A stretch of DNA of 63,981 nucleotides, the filler included, from Octopus bimaculoides (Eukaryota), in NCBI RefSeq assembly GCF_001194135.2. It is 5 parts of 5 records of this genome, joined end to end, with 100 filler letters (N's around TTAATTAATTAA, not from the genome) between each part and the next. Parts side by side here need not be neighbours in the genome. Positions count along the whole stretch, not along the records: positions 18,617 to 42,755 come from NC_068986.1; 4 more parts are not named here. One strand, 5' to 3'. Shown here one piece after another: positions 23,530 to 35,880 of this stretch; within the stretch, counting starts at the first letter, position 1, and every line of letters starts with the position of its first letter. The notes under the pieces were generated by a model. That model did not search any database. It was not told where the DNA came from and saw only the letters and a list, made by a program, of their open reading frames with translations. The position numbers were made by a program, and so were the translations under genes.

Positions 23530-24030
23530 AATTCTGTTTCTACACTAAATCTATTACAGGATAACATCTGGGGAAAGTTCCCCAAACAACACCAAGTTCT
23601 AAAGATAACTTGAATATCACAGATGAGGTGAGGCAACTTGCCTTGGAATCACAGTGAATGGTACATATTGATATTTCACCATTATTGTGGCTTTTCAGTA
23701 CTATGTACTCAGATCATTTCAAACTGAAGTGAATTGTTGGTCTATGACTTTTTTGTAGTTTTTCTTTCACATGTGCCAGGCTGCAGCACATCAGAAATAG
23801 GTTTCACTCTATTTACATAGAGTGATTCACTTTGTTTTGAGATGACCCAAGTACATGGTATTGATAAGCCACAATAATGGTGAAATATTGATACCTATCA
23901 TTCTCAGTTATTCCAAAGCAAGTTGTCTCACCTAGTCTGTGACATTCAGGTATTCTTTAACACTCAGTATCATTTGGGGAGCTTTCCTGGATGTTATCCC
24001 ACAGCAAATTTGGCATATAAACAAAACACA
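23530..24030. mobile_element. Old foldback/MITE-like element with long inverted arms of about 200 bp
   Basis: ATATTTCACCATTATTGTGGCTT (23671) is inverted at 23866-23890, and complementarity extends along both arms. Confidence 0.7.
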
Positions 24031-25514
24031 TATGTTATGTATGTAGCTGATAATATACATTTTTATATAAAATGAAAGAAGAATGGATGATAGCAGTTCA
24101 GATCCTGCTACATGTGTTTTAATAGCAAGATATTTTATTCATTTTTGTGTATTACATGATACAAAACACCTGCTACATCATCATAGTAGTCAGGTGCCTG
24201 ATAATGTAAAAGTTGTTTTGTATAAGATAATGCATGAATAAGAAATGAAATGCTTTACTATTGAAACATGTGTAGCACAGATTAAATTGCTATTATTCAG
24301 TTGTTTCCTTTCAGTGTACTTACTGCATTTCCCACTTGACTTATGTTACTACTGAGACTGGAGTTGTGGAGTGCTCTAATATTTAAATAATCATTCTTGA
24401 TTTTGATGAAATAGGAATATTATTATTTTATCAATTAATTAGATAGTTAATTTATCAATGTTCCCCCATTAAACATGATCGACTTAATCTTAACCAACTG
24501 ATATTATATATAAGATCNNNNNNNNNNNNNNNNNNNNNNNNNNNNNNNNNNNNNNNNNNNNNNNNNNNNNNNNNNNNNNNNNNNNNNNNNNNNNNNNNNN
24601 NNNNNNNNNNNNNNNNNNNNNNNNNNNNNNNNNNNNNNNNNNNNNNNNNNNNNNNNNNNNNNNNNNNNNNNNNNNNNNNNNNNNNNNNNNNNNNNNNNNN
24701 NNNNNNNNNNNNNNNNNNNNNNNNNNNNNNNNNNNNNNNNNNNNNNNNNNNNNNNNNNNNNNNNNNNNNNNNNNNNNNNNNNNNNNNNNNNNNNNNNNNN
24801 NNNNNNNNNNNNNNNNNNNNNNNNNNNNNNNNNNNNNNNNNNNNNNNNNNNNNNNNNNNNNNNNNNNNNNNNNNNNNNNNNNNNNNNNNNNNNNNNNNNN
24901 NNNNNNNNNNNNNNNNNNNNNNNNNNNNNNNNNNNNNNNNNNNNNNNNNNNNNNNNNNNNNNNNNNNNNNNNNNNNNNNNNNNNNNNNNNNNNNNNNNNN
25001 NNNNNNNNNNNNNNNNNNNNNNNNNNNNNNNNNNNNNNNNNNNNNNNNNNNNNNNNNNNNNNNNNNNNNNNNNNNNNNNNNNNNNNNNNNNNNNNNNNNN
25101 NNNNNNNNNNNNNNNNNNNNNNNNNNNNNNNNNNNNNNNNNNNNNNNNNNNNNNNNNNNNNNNNNNNNNNNNNNNNNNNNNNNNNNNNNNNNNNNNNNNN
25201 NNNNNNNNNNNNNNNNNNNNNNNNNNNNNNNNNNNNNNNNNNNNNNNNNNNNNNNNNNNNNNNNNNNNNNNNNNNNNNNNNNNNNNNNNNNNNNNNNNNN
25301 NNNNNNNNNNNNNNNNNNNNNNNNNNNNNNNNNNNNNNNNNNNNNNNNNNNNNNNNNNNNNNNNNNNNNNNNNNNNNNNNNNNNNNNNNNNNNNNNNNNN
25401 NNNNNNNNNNNNNNNNNNNNNNNNNNNNNNNNNNNNNNNNNNNNNNNNNNNNNNNNNNNNNNNNNNNNNNNNNNNNNNNNNNNNNNNNNNNNNNNNNNNN
25501 NNNNNNNNNNNNNN

Positions 25515-26533
25515 CGATCTTCGGTGATGTGATCTTTGAAGTGTGGGGTCAAGTATTGTCCTGATGAGACATCACTCCTTTTCGATTCACTAAAGCGGGT
25601 CTTTTTTTCTTCAAAGCTTGGTTCAAACACTCTAATTGCTGACTGTAGACTTGAGCATTGATTGTTGCATTAGGTGATAACAATTCAAAGTGAATTACTT
25701 CTTTGCAATCCTACCAGATAGAGAGAAGAACCTTTTTTCCCATGAAGTTCCCTTCTCGGTTGTGTTTGAGCCTTTTACCAAGCCACTGTCTATGACATTA
25801 AACATTTCGATAAAAGATCCATTTTTCATCACTTNNNNNNNNNNCACTGTCTATGACATTAAACATTTCGATAAAAGATCCATTTTTCATCACTTGTCAC
25901 AAGTCTATCCAAAAAGGGTGAAATGAGTTCGTGAGAATGGAGAGAAGAGCAGATGTCAACTCAGGAGTTGCGGTTGCTTCTGGGCAATTCATGATGCACT
26001 CATTTTCCAAGTTTAGGAACCTTTCTAAGTTGTTGAAGATGACGATGAACAGTTGTATGGTTTGAACTAAGCTTTATTGCCAATTCTTCAACTGATAATG
26101 CAGGATTTTCTTCAAGTAATGCCTCAAGGAGATTATCATCAAACTCATCAGGACGTCCTGTTCAATCTTCATCTTCAAGGTTGAAATCCCCACTTCTGAA
26201 TTTTGCAAACCCTCTTCTGCAAGTTCTTTCATTCAAGCATTCTTTCCCATAAACTGAGTGTATGCTTCAAGTCGCCTTCGGCTGCAGAGTTTCCTTTTTT
26301 GTACTCATAAAGCATTATGTGCCTTAAATGCTCTTTGGATACTTCCATGTTAGAAAGGATTTTAATCAAAGAAATTTTAATTCTATTATTCTGTAAAATA
26401 ATATTTAATTAGTTTAAATGTACACAAATGCATAAAAATAATTTTTAATTCCATTAGACATTCTAAAATACTATTAAATTTTATTTAATTTAAAAAAAGG
26501 TAAAATCAGACAGAACTTATAGGATAACCTGAT
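25515..26533 (-). mobile_element. mariner (DD34D-type) transposase fossil, 5' portion
   Basis: ATG at 26348: MEVSKEHLRHIMLYEYKKGNSAAE...FAKFRSGDFNLEDED*TGRPDEFDDNLLEALLEENP. A TIR-like end lies near 26533. Confidence 0.88.
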
Positions 26534-26561
26534 ATATAATATAATGCAATATACACATATA

Positions 26562-27095
26562 TAGGTGCAGGGGTGGCTGTGTGGTAAGTAGCTTGCTTAC
26601 CAAGATGAGGATGATGATTACAAAAATTTCATCTCATTAATGTCCTTGTCCAGCCCACAGCTACTATACTCTATGTACTGTCTATATGGCAAACCTACTT
26701 GAAATAAAGAAGCTTGCTTACCAACCACATGGTTCTGGGTTTAATCCCATTGCATGACACCTTGAGCATGTGTCTTCTACTATAGCCTTGGGCCAGCCAA
26801 AGCCTTGTGAGCAGATTTGGTAGATGGCAACTGAAAGAAGCCTGTCATATATATATATACATGTTTATATGTATGCATGTATGTATGTATTTGTATGTCT
26901 ATGTTTGTTCCCCCACCATCTCCTGACAGCTGATGTTGGTGTGTTTACATCCCCCATAACTTAGTAGTTCAGCAAAAGAGACTGATAGAATAAGTACTGG
27001 GCTTACAAAGAATAAGTTCTGGGGTCAATTTGTTCAACTAAAGGCAGTGTTCCAGCATGGCTACTGTTAAATGACTGAAACAAGTAAAAGAATAA
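26562..27095 (+). mobile_element. CORE-like SINE, CpG-decayed, with an insertion of about 100 bp in its head
   Basis: AGCTTGCTTACCAA is duplicated around an insert at about 26604-26706. Most CpGs of the younger copies read TG or CA. Confidence 0.85.
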
Positions 27096-27097
27096 CT

Positions 27098-27635
27098 TGA
27101 GAATGAAGTTAATTATTTAACCAATTTTGAAGTAAAAACCAGTTACCTCTATGGATTATCCAAGATCCACAAATCAAAAGAAATCCAAGACAACATAAAA
27201 GGAAACAATTCAACATATGTAGAAATTTCGAAACCCAGAGACCTGCAATTATGCTCAATTATTGCAGGACCAGCATCTCATATACAATACTTAAGCAACT
27301 TAATAGATATAGTTCTAAAACCTTTACACAAAATGATACCAAGTTTTATCCAGGACAATATGGACTTTTTTAAGCTACACACCTAAAAGTATCTACCAGG
27401 AGACAATTCTTGTTAGTTTCGATGTAACTAGTCTATACACCAATATCCCACATGACCTAGGAATTGAAGCTATAAATTTCTGGTTAACAAAGCACCCGAA
27501 TTATATCATGGAAAGATTCTCAAAAACCTTCATTTCAGAAGGATTACAATTAATACTGGAAAATAATCACTTCTTCTTCAACAACAACTTCTACTTACAA
27601 ATAAAAGGAACGGCGATGGTGTAAAAAGTTGCCCC
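27098..27635 (+). mobile_element. Penelope-like reverse transcriptase fragment (one frameshift)
   Basis: YLYGLSKIHKSKEI...IIAGPASHIQYLSNLIDIVLKPL...FIQDNMDFL / ILVSFDVTSLYTNIPHDLGIEAINFWL...LILENNHFFFNNNFYLQIKGTAM: PLE RT motifs. Confidence 0.9.
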
Positions 27636-27659
27636 CCCCCCCACACACACACACTTATG

Positions 27660-28320
27660 CAACACTCGTACACCACTGTACATTGATGGTTCAAGAAGTT
27701 CCAGTCTGATTAATTTACCCTTGAAAATCAGCCCTGTGGTAGACCTGAGACCAAGATGAATAATGATGAGCTGCAAAATGTAGTGCAAGTGGATACATCT
27801 CAAACTACGTGTGAGTTAGCAGCAAGGTTTGATGTTTCGATTCCAACTGTATTGAACCATCTGAAACAAATTTGCAAGATAAAGAAGCTGGACAATTGGG
27901 TGCTACACAAACTGAATAAGCATCAAATGATACATTGTCTTGAAACTTGCTGCTCTTTGCTGTCACGGCATAAAAACAAACCATTTTTGCAATGCATTGT
28001 TACATGTAATGAAAAATGAATTCTTTTCAACAATAGCAAGTGTTCTGCATGGTGGTTGGATAGTGAGGAAGTGCCAAAACACAATCCAAAATAAAATATT
28101 CACCAAAAAAAGGTAATGGTGTCTGTTTGATGGTCCAGCGCTGGTGTCATCCACTACAGCTTCATGAGACCTGGTAAGTCAATTACAGCGGATGTAAACA
28201 TCAACCATTAAGATGAAATGATTAATGAACTTGCACTTAAACAACTAAGATTGGTCAATAGAGACAGGCCAATTCTCTTGCAAGAAATTCCTTGACCACA
28301 TGTTGCACAAAGAACACTAC
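27660..28320 (+). mobile_element. mariner transposase fragment inserted in the Penelope-like element
   Basis: WFKKFQSD..LENQPCGRP..MNNDELQNVVQVDTSQTTCELAARF...CIVTCNEK*ILFNN. Confidence 0.87.
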
Positions 28321-28384
28321 TTGCTGGTCAAGATACATGTAAGCTCCAAGGTAAGGTCTTGTATCAATTTCTATCTATAGGAAT

Positions 28385-28448
28385 ATTCTCCTGAAGAGAT
28401 GAATGGGACCCTTAATAGGTCCCTAACATCGAAATTGCAATAGAGAAT
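28385..28448 (+). ncRNA. Type I hammerhead ribozyme motif with intact core (HH-1)
   Basis: Stem I ATTCTC/GAGAAT; CTGAAGA at 28391-28397; stem II GATG/CATC enclosing a GGGACC/GGTCCC hairpin; GAAA at 28431; palindromic stem III ATTGCAAT; cleavage triplet AUA ending at 28442. Confidence 0.82.
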
Positions 28449-28730
28449 TAACCTTTTATTTGTAAGTTGTGGATTTTATATGTCATGTCGTCTGAAGACA
28501 GCATTTATTATGAGGAGATATAATGAGTGATAATAGTGGCTTTATAGTGGTTTTGATTGTTATTTCTAAACATGTAAGGGTTTTTGAAACCCTCTTAGTT
28601 ATAATTTGAAACTTGTTGAGAGATTTAGAAATGTATTACTTCTATTTTCGAAATCAGTGAATGTATTTCACTTGAAATATATATGTTTTCAAAGGCGAAT
28701 AGGCATCAACAGCTAGCAAGCCATGCTACT

Positions 28731-28771
28731 CCAGACTGATGATGAGCAATGACTCTGAAACTAGTCTCTGG
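28731..28771 (+). ncRNA. Minimal type I hammerhead motif at the apex of a 136-nt hairpin (HH-2)
   Basis: Stem I CCAGA/TCTGG; CTGATGA at 28736-28742; stem II GAG/CTC with a non-canonical U.U closing pair; GAAA at 28757; palindrome ACTAGT; GUC triplet ending at 28766. Confidence 0.72.
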
Positions 28772-28988
28772 ATGCTGGCTTTGCTGGGTGGCGGTGCTTA
28801 TCTCCCCTTTGAAAACATAAGAACACAGGAAATGTGTCAAGGCCAACAGGAAACGGTGTTTCCTAGGGTTAAATAGCAGTAGCATTCTTCCCTTTCATGG
28901 GACTGTCACATTAAGTTGACAATATATCATCACTTTAATAATTAATTGTTTATGATATATCCTTTGTAATGTATTATTACATTACTTT

Positions 28989-29200
<212 letters not shown>

Positions 29201-29989
29201 AGGAAGATTGTTTGGAAGGGAGGGAGGGACGGAAGTATGTAGATCATCTGGTGCAGAAGTGAGGCAGAGCTCTGTGGGAGTTTTCAGTATGAGGGAAGAG
29301 GAAAGTAATTTCACGGTAGAGAGAAGAAATTACTGGTATACAAGAGAATGGATTTCCAGTATTGGTGGTGGGGACGGGAAAGGGTGGGCACATCGTGAAA
29401 AATGGAAGTACAGGTTAGCTTCACATTAAGGTTATGAAGTTAATTTAACCCAGGATTGTTTAGCATGTTAGTAATACAAGTTAAATAAATGAAGAGGATG
29501 ATGAACAATTAAAAATTGAGAGAATTTTTTACCTTAGTGGTTGGACATTTCACATTGTGATATGATGGCGTCAAATAGCACAGTAAGAAAGAAGGTTTGG
29601 GAGGAAAGCCATGTGTTTATATAGTCTAACAGCCATGAGTGATCAAAGTGTGCTTGGCTTCACCACAAAGGAGTCGAAATAGCAGCTAAGGACAATAGTA
29701 GGCAATAGTGAAATGGAAGGAAATGGCTAGCTTCACCACAAGAAAATCGAAATGCTCAAGAATGATTAGCATGTTAGTAATACAAGTAAGATGAATGTGT
29801 ATATATATTATTAACTCACATGGAATTAGGATAAGATTTTTTCTAACACAAAACAATCTTTCACAAATCATCTCTTCGCATAATAATAAGTTGTTAAATA
29901 CAAATCCACTTAATGAAAATACTAACATTAATTGTGATAACACTAATTATTGTTAACAATATTAACAGTGGGGTAATTGTTTCTGAAGT

Positions 29990-30370
29990 CAACTCCAATT
30001 GCAATTGTTTTCTTAGCAGTAATTCTAAGACTAGAAACTCTATTTCAGTTTTGACGTCTTTTTTTTATATAGGTTGTTCTTCATCTCAGTTGTCCAAAAG
30101 AATATCTAATCATTACTCTACATTTAGGCATATCAATAAACGTAACAATACTTGGCTAAGTAAATTAATCTGGTATCTAAAACATCATAATAAACGATTT
30201 AATTTGGAATAGAATATTCTCTCTATTTCTCTACTTTATGACAAAGGTAAATCTTTTTGCTCTCTTTGTAATAGTGAAATGTTTTTTATACTATTCTCAA
30301 AGAATCCCCTTGTAAATACGTTTATAGAATGCATTTATCATTGCAAACATTGGCAGAAACATAACTTTAG
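29990..30370 (+). mobile_element. Penelope-like GIY-YIG endonuclease C-terminal fragment
   Basis: NCNCFLSSN..FFYIGCSSSQLSKRISNHYSTFRHINKRNNTWLSKLIWYLKHHNKRFNLE*NIL..YDKGKSFCSLCNSE matches the PLE pattern YIG...K.R..NH..SF.....N.T.LSK.IW.LK....I.W.I......C.LC..E. Confidence 0.8.
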
Positions 30371-30670
30371 TTCCTATAAGTGATTTCTACCATTCTATAA
30401 ACTTCAACCTTTGACTGTCTTCTTACATTGCACTTCCACTAAATATATCTACTTCTATTCCTTTAAGCTTTATTCTAATTCATCTATTACTCTATATCTC
30501 TCCACTATTAGTTTTCTGCTAATTTCTTTCTTTCTCCTCCTTCTCTTTCTATAAACAACTTTTGATATTATATCTACTAACAGTTTTTTTTTTAAATCTT
30601 GATAGCGTTCCCTTCATCATATACGCAGTCACCACATCTTGTTAAAATGTCTTATTGATGTGTTTGGTTT

Positions 30671-30762
30671 CTTTCTTTCCCTGGTGAGAAGATTGCATAG
30701 TTTTACACCATTTATTCCTTCTGGAATAATACCAATGTTGTCTCCGAAACATATGTCGGAAG
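30671..30762 (+). ncRNA. Hammerhead motif with one core substitution (HH-3)
   Basis: Stem I TTCC/GGAA; CTGGTGA at 30681-30687 (A6>G relative to CUGAUGA); imperfect stem II GAAGA/TCTCC with a long insert; GAAA at 30746; palindrome ACATATGT; GUC triplet ending at 30757. Lies 3' of the GIY-YIG fragment. Confidence 0.62.
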
Positions 30763-30811
30763 TAAAAGAAATCGAATAACACCTGCAATTAACTCCATTT
30801 ATCTATCTATC

Positions 30812-30888
<77 letters not shown>

Positions 30889-30939
30889 GTATATACACAC
30901 ACATATACATATATATATAGTATAATAATATATAATATA

Positions 30940-31298
30940 ATAACATACTTCTGCCAAGACAACACCAATGTCCTCCCAACGATTAACCAGAGATGGTTTT
31001 TAAAATGAGAATTTCTGAAATAAACTCGATTGCTCTCACAAACGAGAATACTAAAAAGGAACCTGACCACTCTCAAAATTTAAGTAAAAAAACAGGAAAA
31101 AATAATCCGGAATCCTTGTCCAGTACCGGAACGATCTCAAAATTTAACCAGTTTGTACCTGTCACAAGGTCAAATATCCCTGAAAGTTTCATCTGAATCC
31201 ATTTAGCAGTTCTTGAGATATCTTATCCACAAACAAACAAACAAAAAAACAAACACAACTGAAAACAATACCTCTAACTTAGTGAAGGCAGAGGTAAT
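30940..31298 (+). mobile_element. Non-autonomous Helentron/DINE-like (HINE) element, 3' part
   Basis: AAAGTTTCATCTGAATCCATTTAGCAGTTCTTGAGATAT, then an (ACAA)n block, then AAAACAATACCTC...GAGGTAATAA terminal stem-loop. Family assignment is from recalled pattern only. Confidence 0.5.
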
Positions 31299-31314
31299 AA
31301 TATATATATATATG

Positions 31315-31697
31315 TTGTTGGCACTCCGTCGCTTACAACGTCGAGGGTTCCAGTTGATCCAATCAACGGAACAGCCTGCTCATGAAATTAACATGCAAGT
31401 GGCTGAGCACTCCACAGACACATGTAGCTTTAACGTATTTCTCGAGGATATTCAGTGTGACATAGTGTGACAAGGCTGACCCTTTGAATTACAGGCACAA
31501 CTGAAACTGGAAGTAAGAGTGAGAGAAAGTTGTGGTGAAAGAGTACAGCAGGGTTCACCACCATCCCCTGCCGGAGCCTCGTGTAGCTTTAGGTGTTTTC
31601 GCTCAATAAAAACTCACAACGCCCGGTCTGGGAATCGAAACTGTGATCCTATGACCGCGAGTCCGCTGCCCTAACCACTGGGCCATTGCGCCTCCAC
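31315..31697 (-). mobile_element. Near full-length young tRNA-derived SINE
   Basis: A and B boxes at the 31697 end; (ACA)n tail at the 31315 end; CpGs retained. Confidence 0.9.
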
Positions 31698-34199
31698 ATA
31701 TATATATATATGTGTGTATGTGTGTATGTATGTATGTATGTATGCATATATGTCTATAATAGAACAAAAAAGGATAGACAAACGACAAAACGACAGTGTC
31801 AGTCAGATTGTGACATATATGTACAGCATATATACAGTTATTTCACTACCACACTTCACAGTCTAGGTCTGTGGAAGGAACAAGATTCCATCTAGACCAA
31901 GTGTTATGGTGGTACAAGGGTAAAGTAGACATAGCCATACAATCCAAGAGAGAGATCTGAAAGATTGATAAGAAAGGAAACAAAAAACAATATTAGGTAA
32001 CTAAAAGAAGCTAGATTCTGGAGTAGCCATCATGGTGTTACCAAATACCGTGATGGCTCCTCCTGTATATATCAAATCTACAGATATGTTACAAGAAATG
32101 AATAGGGATCAAGTCTTTTGGAGTTCTATGATGCTAACTATATAGTCATCTGCAACATTAACTTCAAAAACATGGCCACAAACATGCAAGCCAAATAGAG
32201 CTTTTACTCACCAGCAAATGCATAAACAACTGGTCAGGAATACTAATTCCTTTCACAGTAAAGGATGTGCCACTCAATACAGACTAGTGATTAATGATAT
32301 CAGAGTAAGAGAAAATTTTGACATGAGAATCTGAAGAAGGAAGCTATAGAAATCGAAGGATAACTCTGTTAAAAGAAATAGTACTTGATGCATATGATGA
32401 CAAGGAGGAAGGGTTACAAGCTTATAACATAGAGGACAACTGTGAGACAACCTGGTATGATCCACAGCTTAGATCTGTAGAAGGAACAAGATTCCATCAA
32501 GATCAAGTGATATGATGGTAGAATGGTTGAGTAGATATAACCATACAATCCAAGAAAGAAATCTGAAAGATTGGTAGAAAAGGGGAAGAAGAAACAAAAT
32601 TAGCTAGATTCTGGTATTTGAAGCAGCTTGGGAATCTGAAAGCAAATGATTTGCATGTGTTTGATAATGAAAATATCAAAGGCCTAAGTAATTTCAGACT
32701 GATAAGCTGTGTGACAGTATGAATCAAGATATTATTTATGAAAAATATTATGCAACCATAGTGGTGCACTTATTCTCACTGATACCAAGAAGAAATAGTC
32801 TTGGAAATCTTGCTGTATAAAAAGAAAGTATAAGAGAAAGAAGATTTACTGCAAGTAGACTCTAGAGAAAGAGAAGCTATTGAAATTGACAGTTATATGC
32901 AACAATGAATATAAGGTAAGGAAAACAACTGGGCCATCAGGGACAGTTCAGTTTATTAAGATATTGAAAATATCCAGCCAAGTTCTCACTCACATCAAGT
33001 AGTACAAGAAAGTGTTATGTCCAATGTCATGCCAAGCAATGTTATCATCAGTTATTACAATTTCAAAGATAATCTAGAAGGAAGCAACAAGTACTTTGCC
33101 CATAACAATCCTTTACTATTCTATTTTTAACAAATGTTACTACCCTTACATCTTTACCATTCTAAAAATATGCAGATACAAATATTTTGCCCTTAATGAT
33201 TCATTATTATTTGAAGAATATGTTAGCTACAATAAAGCAGCATGATGTTTGAATTTATGTATGTTTATGTTATATATCTGTTTTGTTGTTAAAATATACT
33301 TTGAAGTTGAATATATTTGAGAATCTGAATAGGTTCATTGCTCATATTTTATCAAAATCTCTTCATTCATACCAATGGATTTTATGGTAATTTTATCTCC
33401 TAAATAAAAACTAAATATATTCAATGCTGAAAATGGATGTTAGTACAATTACTTTTTTGACATATATATTTTTTTTATAATGGCATTTTAAAATTTTATT
33501 ATGGATACAATAGAACTGGTAGATTAAATAACATTTGGGTTAATTTTCTAAACTGGCAAATGGCTACATTTTTAGCAGTCATAGACCATAGTAGAATATT
33601 TCAAAAGAAAGAGAAAAATAACCCTCATGTGTTTATAGAATTTTTGTTTGGGAACTGGTCAGAGTAGCAGATAATCAACATGAAACAGTTCTATAACCAA
33701 TATAAATGTGATATATAAGTAACAAAAACATCATAATACAACTAGATGGTGGCAACAAGTCATCAAATATTAAATTCATTCACTATTTTCTAAGAAAACC
33801 AATAAATAACTTCTTTAAATCCACTGCTGATAAGTTATATATTTGTTTTTGCAGTAAAAAATTTTCTTCAGCTGAGAATCAGATGGCAAAGTTTAGATAC
33901 TGAAAGTATCAAAAAGTATCATGTTGTAGTATCACAGGTATTTCCTTCATAAATCTTCTCCCTGACAATGTTTCTACTAATGAAAACTCTTTATCCAAGA
34001 TGTGCTGCTGACAATGACTACTATGTATCTTCATATGTTGAGCCTGCTGATAACAATTTGAATGGGGACAAAGAATCCACTCTTAAATTTAAATGGCAAA
34101 AATCTCCAATAAATATGTTAATCTTATTTTCTTCAGTCATTATGCTAAAATAAATGCAATCAATGGAAATGTCAGAATCTCATAATTGTCAAACACTTA

Positions 34200-35620
34200 T
34201 CGTCTTCTAAACAACATTTTGTTTCTGAAGAATAGCATTTAGTGAAGATATTTGCAGGCATGGGAAATTGAGTTCCTGTGGTTAAGATATTTATTCCCCA
34301 AAAGTTGATGGAGCATTTAATGTTACCTTTCATAATCCTTTAATGGCTGCTACTGAATTTGTAAATGTTTCCTTTTGTGATTGGAAAAATGCTTTAGGTG
34401 ATAAACATGCATGAAAAAAGTATGAAACATGGAATCAAAGATGGTTATAATGTGGAAATTCTTCATTAAGCTGATGAAAAAAACATTGTACATGAAAAAC
34501 TGAAAACTTCATAAGTTTAACAAAAAAAAAAAAGCCATGAAATGATGATTTCAATACTTGGTGTAATTATTATATCTGGTCAAAAGTAATATGCCATTGA
34601 GGAACAAAAGGATTTGGGTAGCTTTCAGTAATTCATTGAGTGGAAGGCTGAGTTTTAACCTATTGCAGTAAAAACATTTGAAGAAATGGTAAAATGGTAA
34701 AATGAACAAAATAAAATAATCAACTTTTTCACTGAAGAAATAAAGTCAATCATGTTATCTATGTCTGTTATGTTGACAATAAAGAAAACGTTGATGAACT
34801 TTTCTGAAAATAATGGAAGCTGTCCACACAAATGGTGAAACAGTAACAAATGCAATTACAGAAAAGTTCAAAGACAGGAGCATAGTAACTCACAGATTAT
34901 GTTGCTCTACAATAAATGGTGAAATAATAGGATTCAGAAAAGAATCCAAACTAAAAGTGAAGCATTTTATGTACAGCCACTCAGCTATTATGAAGTACTT
35001 GCTACAAGAGATTCTATGGGTATGTTAGTGAAATTCTCACAGCTTTTTTCAAGAACTGTTAAATGTAAAAATATTATGGAAGAACATCTACAAGCCAACC
35101 TTCATTACTTACTTTGTAGGAAGTTCGGTGTGACCTAGTAAATGCATGAAACACAGAAATTAATATCAGTTTATGCAGAGCAAAGATGTGGTTATGTATT
35201 TCAAGATATTTATACAAAAATCAGAAACAATCACCAACGAAATTAACATTGAATGTACAGTTAGTTGAAGAAGGGATAAGTGAAGTCATATATTAAACAT
35301 CCTAAGTATTTCAACTGAAGAATATTACTGCTGAAACACTTAATATTCTGGCTGAAAACAAGGTTTCCTACTGACACACTGTGCTACAAGCTTAGTATCA
35401 TGAGCAGAGTAAATTTGATTGCTAACATCTCAAATTTTAACAGTAATGAGGAACCAATATATAGAAGAAATGTCAAATCCAGAGTGTTTTCATCAGAAGA
35501 TTTATGTTTGGCAAACAAAAAAATGTGATGACATTTCTGAGAAAATGTTCACAGTGTCTGTGAGATTACATCAAACCAAATATCTCTTCCTAAGCATTTA
35601 TGTGCTCTTACTAGGGTGGC
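34200..35620 (+). mobile_element. Highly decayed hAT-type transposase fossil (TTF zinc finger / ZMYM1-PRKRIR-like)
   Basis: WEIEFLWLRY..KVDGAF..F...FVNVSFCDWKNALG; HVIYVCYVDN; GETVTNAITEKFKD; FMYSHS (decayed HCxAH). Many stops and frameshifts. Confidence 0.6.
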
Positions 35621-35833
35621 CAAACATATGGCTCCAGGCAAGATAATTTGGATTTTGTGTCAACCACTAATTTGTCCTCTTTGAGGTTTGAATAAAAGAC
35701 ATATAAATTACAATGTATGCATGTGTGCATGCATGCGTGCATGTGTGCATGTGTCTGCGTTTGAGTATGTGTATGTATACGTGTGTGTGTATACACACAC
35801 ACATGCACACACATGCACACGCACACACACACA

Positions 35834-35880
<47 letters not shown>

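Noticed and set aside
28736-28760. Box C/D snoRNA, K-turn or SECIS reading of TGATGA...CTGA
   Set aside because: The C and D boxes are only about 11 nt apart, with no guide region and no SECIS helix II length. The hammerhead reading also explains GAAAC, the palindrome, GUC and stem I.
29913-30212. 99-aa ORF with hydrophobic N-terminus as a host secreted protein
   Set aside because: Its C-terminal part is a Penelope GIY-YIG fragment that continues past the stop, and the N-terminus is AT-rich filler.
33860-33940. Exon-like segment (ttcttcAG...cacag|GTATTT) as CNOT3 exon 4
   Set aside because: No frame resembles RLRDQIKTW. It lies just upstream of the hAT fossil.
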